From a virus, in IMG/VR virus record IMGVR_UViG_3300025000_000077, positions 1 through 64,000 of that record: DNA of 64,000 nucleotides; one strand, written 5' to 3'. Of the stretch, positions 1 through 8,056 are shown one piece after another. A program made the translations under genes and the position numbers. Position 1 is the stretch's first letter. The number at the start of each line of letters is the position of its first letter. The notes below the pieces were generated by a model, which saw only the letters and a list, made by a program, of their open reading frames with translations, was not told the origin of the DNA and made no database searches.

Positions 1-61
1 TGATAGTTTATAATATCCATAAGGGGAAGGAAGGGAAGTTACCAAAGAAATTTAGAAAAGG

Positions 62-535
62 ATGGTCTTAACAATGGCAATGATCACAGACAAAGGAATC
101 GAAGAATTAAATAAACTATCAGAAGAAGATGGTTCAGGAATTCTCTTTTGTCCTGAGGACCTTCAAGAATCATACCCCTATGCATACGCACTTGCTAAAT
201 GCGTGGGCTGGACTGAAGAGCAAATAGCCGATGCACTTCGATTTATTCAAAATAAATGTGATATCGAAGGAGCCAGAGCCGGAACGACATTAAGACAAAT
301 CATAACGATGCTAAGTGAACAAACTGATAATATGGTTCAAGTGCTTGACAAATATAAGATAAAGTATGATGATATAAACCCTAAGAAAAAGTCATTCTTT
401 GATATTGTAGATACCATTGCTAAAAGTAAAATGGGAGCAAGGGAGATGTTTTATCTGTTTAATTGTACGGGTGTAGGGTTGGAGTTTATTGATATTGTGT
501 ATAGTTACAGGCATGAGATTTACAGGGAAGAATGA
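62..535 (+). CDS. Stand-alone TP901-type tape-measure core-domain-like protein
   Basis: AGTTLRQIITMLSEQTDNMVQVLDKYKIKYDDINPK...SKMGAREMFYLF aligns by eye with AGTTLRGILQELVAPTKASMDVFTKYGLTLEDLNPK...SGMSDAEMFTVF in the tape measure protein at 27853-30264. Confidence 0.7.
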   Translation: MVLTMAMITDKGIEELNKLSEEDGSGILFCPEDLQESYPYAYALAKCVGWTEEQIADALRFIQNKCDIEGARAGTTLRQIITMLSEQTDNMVQVLDKYKIKYDDINPKKKSFFDIVDTIAKSKMGAREMFYLFNCTGVGLEFIDIVYSYRHEIYREE

Positions 536-543
536 TGGAGTGA

Positions 544-637
544 TTGAACTACCCCGCCATAAATGACGGGGATTCTTAGTTCATTCCCCTCTCTTTTGAG
601 AGTGAGTCCCTAAGCTCTGCCCGTAGTCCCTACGGTG
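544..637 (-). ncRNA. TnpB-type right-end (re/omega) RNA scaffold; putative guide would continue into 543-524
   Basis: Minus strand ACCGTAGGGACTACGG...CTCTCAAAAGAGAG...TGAACTAAGAATCCCCGTCATTTATGGCGGGGTAGTTCAA; stems 621-635, 589-602, 545-551/577-583 and 552-571; layout typical of IS605/IS1341 right ends. Confidence 0.6.
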
Positions 638-671
638 AAATTAGATTCTGTAAAACATTAGGTGTATTAAA

Positions 672-1370
672 ATGATTGAAGTTAAAATCGGTGACTGCTT
701 TGAAATCTTGCAGGAATATCCAGACAATTGTTTTGATTTAGTCCTTACAGATCCTCCATATGGGATCGGGGAAACTGGATCTCATAGCAAGTCAAGAAAA
801 AGGAAGTCTGGGTACACACAAAACAAGGAAAAAAACTGGCATTCTTCTTCAAAAGCTGCACCAGTAATTGACATGGATTATACATGGGATGAAAAATTAT
901 CACAAGAACATATTAATGAGATATTAAGAGTTTCAAAAAATCAGATAATTTTTGGTGGTAATTATTATGCTGATTGGTTGCCAGCTTCCCCCTGTTGGAT
1001 TGTTTGGGATAAGAAAAATGGAAAGTCTGACTATGCTGATTGTGAACTTGCTTGGACTTCATTTAAAACATCAACACGTCTTTTTTCTTACAGATGGAAC
1101 GGTATGCTGCAGGAGAACATGAAGTTTAAGGAGAAGAGGGTTTATCCAGCACAAAAACCGTTAGCTCTTTTTAAATGGTGTTTAGAGACTTTCGCTAAAC
1201 CTGGTCAGAAGATATTAGATCCTTGTTGTGGATCAGGAACGGCTATAAGAGTATGCAGAGAACTAGGATTAGATGTTATTGGGATAGATAAGAATCCAGA
1301 TTCTTTACAAATCATTAAAGAAAGAGCTTTATTAAACATGCCTGAACTTTCTATTTATGAGGATAAGTAA
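672..1370 (+). CDS. DNA methyltransferase (N6-A/N4-C, beta class)
   Basis: LTDPPYG catalytic motif IV, followed by YPAQKP and ILDPCCGSGT SAM-binding motif I. Confidence 0.92.
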   Translation: MIEVKIGDCFEILQEYPDNCFDLVLTDPPYGIGETGSHSKSRKRKSGYTQNKEKNWHSSSKAAPVIDMDYTWDEKLSQEHINEILRVSKNQIIFGGNYYADWLPASPCWIVWDKKNGKSDYADCELAWTSFKTSTRLFSYRWNGMLQENMKFKEKRVYPAQKPLALFKWCLETFAKPGQKILDPCCGSGTAIRVCRELGLDVIGIDKNPDSLQIIKERALLNMPELSIYEDK

Positions 1371-1464
1371 AAGCGATAGATTACTTAACTGCGAGGCTCC
1401 GCTCTCATCCCCTCCCTAAAGGAAGGGGTCTTCTCGCTGCGCCTCCGCGCTCCCCGAGATAAAA

Positions 1465-1680
1465 ATGAACCAAATTGACAAACAAAAACTGGAATCACTC
1501 AGAAAAGATAAAGACTTCGAAGCTAAATTAAAATTTCTATGCAATGCTTATGACGACGAAAACGGACGGTGGCCTGAAAGCAGTCTCGAGGGTGGTGCAT
1601 TGTTCAGTTATTATCAAGGAGTCGATGACTGGACTGAATACTGGAAAGAATTAGAAACCAAACTCGGTAGAAATGTATAG
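1465..1680 (+). CDS. Hypothetical protein
   Basis: ORF in operon context; its ancestral RBS appears displaced by the IS-like insertion. Confidence 0.6.
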   Translation: MNQIDKQKLESLRKDKDFEAKLKFLCNAYDDENGRWPESSLEGGALFSYYQGVDDWTEYWKELETKLGRNV

Positions 1681-1735
1681 TTATTTATAAAAAAACATAG
1701 AACGGGAAAACATGGATACTAATTGAGGATAAATC

Positions 1736-2176
1736 ATGAGGGATATTAAATTCAGAGGTAAAACTTATTCCGGTGAATGGGTCATTGGAAATTATTCTGT
1801 AAGTTCATTCCATTATGATCTCGATAACCCTGGGAGAAAAATACACTCTATAATGACAGAGAATGCCCTACATAATATAGATCCTGAAACACTAGGGCAA
1901 TATATAGAACAGCACTCCAAAGACGGAGATGATATTTATGAAGGGGATGTCGTAGAATCAAAAGATGTTATTATCTTTTGCCTAAATGAGTACATAACCG
2001 AATGTAAAGCATGTGTATACGGGCACGGTGTAGTTGAATGGAATTCCCCGAATTTCAGAATAAAAAGACTGAACGGGTCTGAGTTTTATGATCCAATGGG
2101 TGATCGTTTTGAATGGAGTGAATTAAGAGTAATTGGGAATATGTGGGACAATCCTGAACTTCTCAAGGGGGAATAA
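1736..2176 (+). CDS. YopX family phage protein
   Basis: MRDIKFRGK N-terminus, DPETLGQY, DIYEGDVV, VIGNMWDNPELL C-terminus. Confidence 0.9.
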   Translation: MRDIKFRGKTYSGEWVIGNYSVSSFHYDLDNPGRKIHSIMTENALHNIDPETLGQYIEQHSKDGDDIYEGDVVESKDVIIFCLNEYITECKACVYGHGVVEWNSPNFRIKRLNGSEFYDPMGDRFEWSELRVIGNMWDNPELLKGE

Positions 2177-2211
2177 ACAATTAATACTTTCATACTCGAA
2201 TCAACAGACAG

Positions 2212-2499
2212 ATGGAAAACCCGCTCCACCGAGGAAATATCGAGAAGGGTGGGCAAATGTTAGACATTGAAAAACTCACTGACATTGAACTGAAACTTAT
2301 ATTCAACGGCCTGAACGAACTACCCCTTTCACTCGATAAACGGTATTATGATGCACAATTACAATTAACGGATATTACGAGAGAAGGCATCAGGAATCGG
2401 GGCATTGAAAAACATGATATACAAATAGATTTTACTTACAATATGGATGAAGTGAATAGAGGAAAAGTACAGGGTGCTAATGGGAAATGGATGAAATGA
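2212..2499 (+). CDS. Hypothetical protein
   Basis: ORF track; start may be the internal ATG at 2257. Confidence 0.45.
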   Translation: MENPLHRGNIEKGGQMLDIEKLTDIELKLIFNGLNELPLSLDKRYYDAQLQLTDITREGIRNRGIEKHDIQIDFTYNMDEVNRGKVQGANGKWMK

Positions 2500-2736
2500 A
2501 GGTATTTATAGATGAATAATCCCATTATTGAAAATAAGAGAGGTGTTTAAAAATGCCATGCCCTTATAAAAAACAATGTCCTCACGTGGACCCAGATGGC
2601 CGTATATGCAATGATGACGCGGGTACATGGGATTACTGCGGGTCTTTTAAAAGAAATGCAAACGGAGAGTTCAAGTAAATTCAATTACTTATTTACTTTT
2701 TTGCAGTTTGTTTTTTTGATACTACATATATCCTCC

Positions 2737-2840
2737 TTCCTAAGGAAACAAATAACGGACTATACATATCCTCCTTAAGAAGAAATGAATATACTTAAAT
2801 ACTTCCTAAGCATGTTATGTATATCGTTTCCTAAGGAGGA
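2737..2840. repeat. ORB-like TTCCTAAGGA repeats upstream of cdc6
   Basis: TTCCTAAGGAA 2737-2747, TCCTTAAGAA 2772-2781, TTCCTAAGCA 2803-2812, TTCCTAAGGA 2828-2837 (overlapping the RBS). Confidence 0.65.
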
Positions 2841-2847
2841 ATGAGCT

Positions 2848-4077
2848 ATAACTCCGAAAATATCACTATCTGATATACTAGCAACTGATAACCGCTTATT
2901 CGTGAATAAGAACGTAGTAAAGCCGAATTATACGCTTTCTAGCATTGACGATATCCTGCACAGGGATGATGAAATAAAAACTTATTACGAATATCTTAAG
3001 GATATATTTATCCACGTTTCCCCTAGCAACCTGTTCATATACGGCAAACCGGGATTAGGTAAAACCGTACTAACTAAACTGATCTTCGATGAGGTCCGGA
3101 GGGAAGCCGAGAACCGGGGAATAGACCTCTGTATCATCAATGTAAACTGTGATGAAATCCGCACAGAACATGCCATATTACAGAAACTAGTCCAGGAAAT
3201 GCCAACAACCGAGCCGAGAAGAGTTCTTGGTAACTCAAGAGATAATCACACTAAATATCTAAAATATCTGATCGACAAGTACCCAGGCATACTAATCTTT
3301 GTTTTTGATGAACTGGATAAATCATCAAGTCCTGAAATGATTAACGGAATTATCAGAACTCAATCTGCTGCATCTGGCCAGTTTCCCACTGTAATAGGCA
3401 TCACAAACGACTTAGAATTGAAGGACAGGTTTCCATCTCAACTCAAGAGCGTTTTATGTGAGAACGGCCTGATAATCAACCCATACGACGCATTACAGCT
3501 ATTCGATATCATCAGAGCAAGAGCAAATCTCGCATTTAAAAAGGATGTAATAGCCGATTCCGAGGTATCCTTATGTTCTGCATATGCCGCCCAGGACCAC
3601 GGAGACGCACGGAGAGCTATTGATCTCTTGCGGGTTTCTGGAGAGGTAGCTGAATCCAAGAACCACGCTCACATTGAAGAAGAGGACGTCAGAGAAGCAC
3701 ATCACAAACTAGAGGTAGATAAAGTAATCGAAGTCGTAAAGACGCTTCCCAGCCAGTCTAAGATTGCCCTGCTGTCCTGCATATACGTTGACAACTCCCC
3801 AAAAGAGAACGATACTAACAATATATACGCAGTGTATAGAAGCATATGCGATAGACTCGGATACGATTCATTAACTCAGAGGAGAGTAACTGACCTTCTT
3901 TCTGAACTCGATCAACTAGGAATTATAAAAGGGTCAAACTTTTTTAAAGGCAGGCAGGGGAGAAAGAAAATAATAACCAAGATCACGTCAAAAGAACAGG
4001 CACTCGATGTAATTTACTGCGAATTCGGAGAATTGGAAGGAAAGCAGGGAGAATTCATAAGAGGTTTAAATGGGTGA
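2848..4077 (+). CDS. cdc6: Cdc6/Orc1 replication initiator (probable ATA start at 2848; ORF track starts at GTG 2902)
   Basis: Walker A IYGKPGLGKT, Walker B FVFDELD, GDARRAIDLLR, C-terminal winged helix LTQRRVTDLLSELDQLGII. The in-frame upstream extension SLSDILATDNRLFVNK resembles Cdc6 N-termini. Confidence 0.95.
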   Translation: MTPKISLSDILATDNRLFVNKNVVKPNYTLSSIDDILHRDDEIKTYYEYLKDIFIHVSPSNLFIYGKPGLGKTVLTKLIFDEVRREAENRGIDLCIINVNCDEIRTEHAILQKLVQEMPTTEPRRVLGNSRDNHTKYLKYLIDKYPGILIFVFDELDKSSSPEMINGIIRTQSAASGQFPTVIGITNDLELKDRFPSQLKSVLCENGLIINPYDALQLFDIIRARANLAFKKDVIADSEVSLCSAYAAQDHGDARRAIDLLRVSGEVAESKNHAHIEEEDVREAHHKLEVDKVIEVVKTLPSQSKIALLSCIYVDNSPKENDTNNIYAVYRSICDRLGYDSLTQRRVTDLLSELDQLGIIKGSNFFKGRQGRKKIITKITSKEQALDVIYCEFGELEGKQGEFIRGLNG

Positions 4078-4090
4078 GTATGTATCCGGC

Positions 4091-4270
4091 TTCCTAAGGA
4101 GAACAAAATGAGAAGAACGTATATTGATTCTTTAATGTTCTATACATATTATAGTTAATGTTCTCGTGTTCTAGTTATGTAATTAATAGTATAAATAGTT
4201 AATTAAAGAACACTGTATAAAAGTATATCATAAATAATAACTAATCATAAAATAGAGTTCCTTAGGAAAC
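4091..4270. other. Putative replication origin: inverted ORB-like boxes flanking an AT-rich unwinding element
   Basis: TTCCTAAGGA 4091-4100 and inverted TCCTTAGGAA 4259-4268 bracket a very AT-rich non-coding stretch immediately downstream of cdc6. Confidence 0.6.
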
Positions 4271-4319
4271 GCAATACCCATATCTTGATTTTAGTTTATT
4301 CAAAAAGGAGTTTAAAACA

Positions 4320-4724
4320 ATGGGATACTACACAGACCTACACTGCAAAGCAATCATAAAACCAGAACACCGAGCCGCTATCCAAAAAATCGTCTTTGAA
4401 AATTCCTCATGGAAAGAGTATTTTACTCACGATTTCGTAGAACTTCAAAGAGCAGATTTGATTCCCTTCGGGGATGCCAAATTAAAACCATCTGAGATAT
4501 TCGACGGCACAAACCTACACATCGAATGTTCAATCAAAAACTATTATAGTGAAATTGAGCATTTCTTTGAAATGTTAAAAGAACTATCGGAAGTGATTTC
4601 TGAGTATAAATCTTACGGTGAAAATGATTTCGAATGCGTTGACGTGGGCGACGATGCCATACAAGTGCAGAGCTGGTATAATCATCTCACTGGATTAATT
4701 GAAGAAGTTGAAGTGATACTATAA
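4320..4724 (+). CDS. Hypothetical phage protein
   Basis: AAGGAG RBS and a 134-aa ORF. Confidence 0.7.
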   Translation: MGYYTDLHCKAIIKPEHRAAIQKIVFENSSWKEYFTHDFVELQRADLIPFGDAKLKPSEIFDGTNLHIECSIKNYYSEIEHFFEMLKELSEVISEYKSYGENDFECVDVGDDAIQVQSWYNHLTGLIEEVEVIL

Positions 4725-4738
4725 AGGAGTAATAAAAC

Positions 4739-5230
4739 ATGTCTGAACACATAACCACAGTCCAGATTTACTATGGGCCTGAAACCATAGGCTCGGCTGA
4801 AATTACTTTTCACACAGATGTTAAAGACAAAGACGGGCATATGTATGAATACGCGTGGGTTCTGAGTAATATCCAAATTCAAGGAGCTCACAAAGAAACG
4901 TTAGATGAACTACATTACCGAGTTTACGCCGTCCTTGATATAATAAATAAAGTAGGCGTTGCGCTCACATTGGGAGATCCAAAACGTGATTTATGCACGT
5001 CGAGTTTTATGATACATCACACTCAACTGGTAGAAAGCGACATCTCAAAAATCACATACATCGGTGAAATCCCTGTAAAAGAGCCCCCCTCTGAAATTGA
5101 ACTTATAAGGGAGGCTCTAAACATGCTAGCAAATGAAATTGTTCATATGCAGAGAACGGACGGGCGAACGTGGTCTGAGCACACGAATGAATTTTTGTTC
5201 AAGTACAATAAACTCATTGGAAAAGAATAA
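4739..5230 (+). CDS. Hypothetical protein
   Basis: AAGGAG RBS and a 163-aa ORF. Confidence 0.7.
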   Translation: MSEHITTVQIYYGPETIGSAEITFHTDVKDKDGHMYEYAWVLSNIQIQGAHKETLDELHYRVYAVLDIINKVGVALTLGDPKRDLCTSSFMIHHTQLVESDISKITYIGEIPVKEPPSEIELIREALNMLANEIVHMQRTDGRTWSEHTNEFLFKYNKLIGKE

Positions 5231-5451
5231 GTCCTGCCACTCTCCAGGATCAACCCCCGCCACCCACACACAACCCCCACGTTCTCTTTTTTTCAATTCG
5301 TGAGTAAACAGTTTAGACGTGGGGAGATTGGTTGGTGTGGGGGCTTAGAATTGCTTGGTTTTTGTGACAAGGCCCATTTAATAGTTACAGGCAAAACTAT
5401 ATATAGTTTCACCGCTATACTATAATATACAGTAAAGGAGGACTGACACAA

Positions 5452-5655
5452 ATGATTAACGAAATATTAAAAATTGGTGACGAAATAAAAACAGCATTTT
5501 CAAAAGCACCGTTCTGTGTAACTGAAGTAGGGAAGCATTACGCAAGAGCAGAGGGAGCACGAGGCAGGAAGCTATTCATCAGCCAAAATGTAAACAGTGG
5601 AAGACTATACGCAACAGATATCAAAAATAAAAAAGAATGTGAATTTTTTATTTAA
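5452..5655 (+). CDS. Hypothetical protein with its own TATA promoter
   Basis: AAAACTATATATAG at about 5393-5406, AAGGAGGA RBS. Confidence 0.7.
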   Translation: MINEILKIGDEIKTAFSKAPFCVTEVGKHYARAEGARGRKLFISQNVNSGRLYATDIKNKKECEFFI

Positions 5656-5673
5656 TCTGTTTTAGGTGATAAT

Positions 5674-5895
5674 ATGAATGAATCGTGGAGTTCTGGACTT
5701 TTCATAAATGGAAATGATGTTTATGAATTCATAAAAATTAAATGTAGACTTGATGGGAGAGTATCGTTAAATGAATTAATGACCAGATATTCAGATCCAA
5801 TTGAAGTTAATAAAGAAGTTGATGAATTAGTCAAAACAGGATTAATAAAAAGAGATTATTCAGAAGACGTTGAAATTTACTACGGGGCTGTTTGA
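5674..5895 (+). CDS. Small winged-helix-like protein
   Basis: VSLNELM...VNKEVDELVKTGLIKR pattern. Confidence 0.5.
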   Translation: MNESWSSGLFINGNDVYEFIKIKCRLDGRVSLNELMTRYSDPIEVNKEVDELVKTGLIKRDYSEDVEIYYGAV

Positions 5896-6151
5896 ATTGG
5901 TGATGAGGAAAACCAGATCAATGTGTTCAGGATGCAGAGATGATTTTTATAACGGTCATAATGACTTAGGTGTTAACGAATGTTGGTCTTTTAAAACTGC
6001 CGAAATCGTAAAAGTTATTTATGTCGGGTATTGGGAAAGACCCCCATACATAAATAAACCAATCGAAAAAAGATTATCTTGTTATAGAAAACGAGATTGT
6101 GTATTTGTAAAAGTCCCAGACCAATCCACGAGGAAAAAACTTTCACTTTAA
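5870..6151 (+). CDS. Cys-rich hypothetical phage protein
   Basis: CSGCRDDFYN...ECW; true start probably near 5900. Confidence 0.6.
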   Translation: MKFTTGLFELVMRKTRSMCSGCRDDFYNGHNDLGVNECWSFKTAEIVKVIYVGYWERPPYINKPIEKRLSCYRKRDCVFVKVPDQSTRKKLSL

Positions 6152-6166
6152 ATCATTGGTGATAAA

Positions 6167-6379
6167 ATGCCGAGACCGCGAAAACTAGAACAAATCATTA
6201 TCACAGGCGATATTAAAATAAAAAAGTCAGAGTTCCAAACAGGTTTTAGAGGCACTGTCGATGCATGGGGACAGATTAAGACTGTAGGAAAAGAATATGA
6301 TAATTGTGAATTTGAGATTTATGTGAAGAATAGGAAAGAAGAGCCCCATAAAACAAAATCGACGGAGACGTATGAATAA
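6167..6379 (+). CDS. Small protein, possibly DUF2080/AbrB-like
   Basis: MPRPRK N-terminus, GQIKTVGKEY...FEIYV. Confidence 0.45.
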   Translation: MPRPRKLEQIIITGDIKIKKSEFQTGFRGTVDAWGQIKTVGKEYDNCEFEIYVKNRKEEPHKTKSTETYE

Positions 6380-6381
6380 TC

Positions 6382-6648
6382 ATGACTGAACTTTCTTGGT
6401 TTGAAACGAATGATAAAATATTCACTCTTAAAACATACATCCCCCTATCCCTATCAGAAGACGACGGAGACATCTACGCTGAAAATACAGAGTATGGAAT
6501 ATTAGGACTTGGAAACACTGAGAAAGAAGCCGTAGAAGATGCAAGAGTCAATCTTGGACAGATATATGAATGGAAGTTTGAAGAAGAATTGCCTTTGCCT
6601 TTTGAGATTCCGGAATGGCTTGAAAAAATAGATAAGTTGATGGAATGA
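6382..6648 (+). CDS. HicB-like (partial RNase H fold) protein
   Basis: YAENTEYGILGLGNTEKEAVEDARVNL matches the HicB G-x-T-x-EEA pattern; no adjacent HicA recognised. Confidence 0.6.
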   Translation: MTELSWFETNDKIFTLKTYIPLSLSEDDGDIYAENTEYGILGLGNTEKEAVEDARVNLGQIYEWKFEEELPLPFEIPEWLEKIDKLME

Positions 6649-7079
6649 TTTAAATGAGTCTCCGAGAATCCCGCGAGAACCCACACTATCAAACCTGGAT
6701 AAAACTCCTTAAAATGAGAACTGCCACTCTCCCGGATCAACCCCCACTTTTAAACCCAGGAGAGCGGCTTCATCTTGATAATAAAAAAACGATCTTTTCT
6801 TTATTTAATTCTTTTGAATTGCAAAATATATATTAAAAAAGTAATCCTCAAATTTCCCCAGCCGCCGCCAATATCTCAACAGCAAATCTAAATTCCTCTT
6901 CGGCTCCCCGATTCCCTTCTTTTTTATGAAACTCAGCATGAGCTTTTAAAACTTCCATTGGGGAAAGATACCGAGATGTCCTAATGAGATGCCGTTTTTC
7001 AAGATCAAGGAATTTCAATTTGAGACCACCTTAAAAAAAAGTAATTCCCAGATGAATTACACCTGGGATTCCAAATCAC

Positions 7080-7382
7080 TCAATCCTTTGCAGCGTCGAT
7101 CATCATTTTCCCTAATTCCTGAGCTTCCGCAGCAGTAAACCCATCCTTGGAAAGCTCCTTAGCGCGTAGGACAATCTTCCCAAGCTCAGGCAGGGAAATG
7201 TTACCTATTGCTCCCTCAACCTCCTCCACGAGTCCATTATAGTCATCCTGCAACTTCTCAGCAGTCTCATTGAGATCTTCAGGAAGCAGCTTAAACCCCT
7301 GCATCCGGGCATAGGCATAAAGCCCACCGATAAAAGTTATTGCTCCACCTAACGCTCCAAGTATAACAGCTATAATATCCAT
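7080..7382 (-). CDS. Membrane-anchored protein (holin/lysis accessory candidate)
   Basis: N-terminal TM segment IIAVILGALGGAITFIGGLYAYA; lies downstream of the disaggregatase-like gene. Confidence 0.55.
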   Translation of the reverse strand: MDIIAVILGALGGAITFIGGLYAYARMQGFKLLPEDLNETAEKLQDDYNGLVEEVEGAIGNISLPELGKIVLRAKELSKDGFTAAEAQELGKMMIDAAKD

Positions 7383-7388
7383 TTTTCA

Positions 7389-7778
7389 TTACTCCTTATA
7401 TACACATAAAACTCGACTCACAATATTAAGAGCCTCGTCTTTCTCGGCACTCGTCAGAGTCCGCTTTCGTTTTGCTTCAATTATGCATTTCAGCCGGCTT
7501 TGATCACTTAAAACAAGGGCAGCCTTTTCAATGTCAATTTTTCCACTCTCGTCTGATGCAAATTTGTTTAGCAAACTTACTACATCATCGGAGAGTTCCA
7601 ATTTGGCAATTGAGCTATCTGCACCCTGTTTGTTTATGTGATTAGCGACATCCGAAGGGATTTTAAGTTTTATTACTATTCTATCGAGGATTCCGTATTT
7701 TTTTAAAATCAAACCGGCGGCTCCTAGTATTGTTAAGAGAGTTCCCGCCCCGGCCTCGATACTTGAATAATCATCCGT
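7389..7778 (-). CDS. Membrane-anchored protein (probable ACG start at 7778; ORF track start 7712)
   Basis: In-frame extension DDYSSIEAGAGTLLTILGAAGLILKK gives a TM helix; GGAGGG lies 8 nt upstream of ACG. Confidence 0.55.
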   Translation of the reverse strand, partial: TDDYSSIEAGAGTLLTILGAAGLILKKYGILDRIVIKLKIPSDVANHINKQGADSSIAKLELSDDVVSLLNKFASDESGKIDIEKAALVLSDQSRLKCIIEAKRKRTLTSAEKDEALNIVSRVLCVYKE

Positions 7779-7861
7779 TTTTGTATCCCTCCGATCAGGT
7801 AATTATCTGATTTATGAATCTCTTGAGATCCGCTATCATTTTTTGTACCGTTCTTAGCATA

Positions 7862-8053
7862 TCACTTACTCCATTTTTGACATGTTGAATTATTCCCCTT
7901 CTCCAATCCGTCTAAAATACACCTACACAGGACATCTGAAAAATCTTCAGTCGTCTCATGATTAGAACAATTAGAACATATTTGATTGATTTTTAGCTTG
8001 TCTGCGCGCTGCTTTTCTATTGATCCCATCGTTTGGAAACAGTCCATACACAT
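7862..8053 (-). CDS. Small Cys-rich protein
   Basis: CMDC, CSNC, C..C motifs. Confidence 0.55.
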   Translation of the reverse strand: MCMDCFQTMGSIEKQRADKLKINQICSNCSNHETTEDFSDVLCRCILDGLEKGNNSTCQKWSK

Positions 8054-8056
8054 GAT

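Larger units (their letters stand above)
544..1458 (-). mobile_element. Non-autonomous IS200/IS605-family element carrying a DNA methyltransferase cargo (no tnpA/tnpB)
   Basis: Two subterminal hairpins of identical architecture (552-571, 1409-1428; 5 bp, one mismatch, 2 bp, 4-nt loop). On the minus strand the right end has GAAT before the hairpin and ends in TCAA (547-544); the left end has AAGA before the hairpin and is preceded by TTTAT (1463-1459). Precise removal restores GGAGTGA-ATAAAA-ATG for ORF 1465. Confidence 0.8.
5234..6745 (+). repeat. 25-bp direct repeat pair (5234-5258, 6721-6745) bracketing a small-gene cassette
   Basis: CTGCCACTCTCC(A/C)GGATCAACCCCC, 24/25 identical. Confidence 0.75.
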
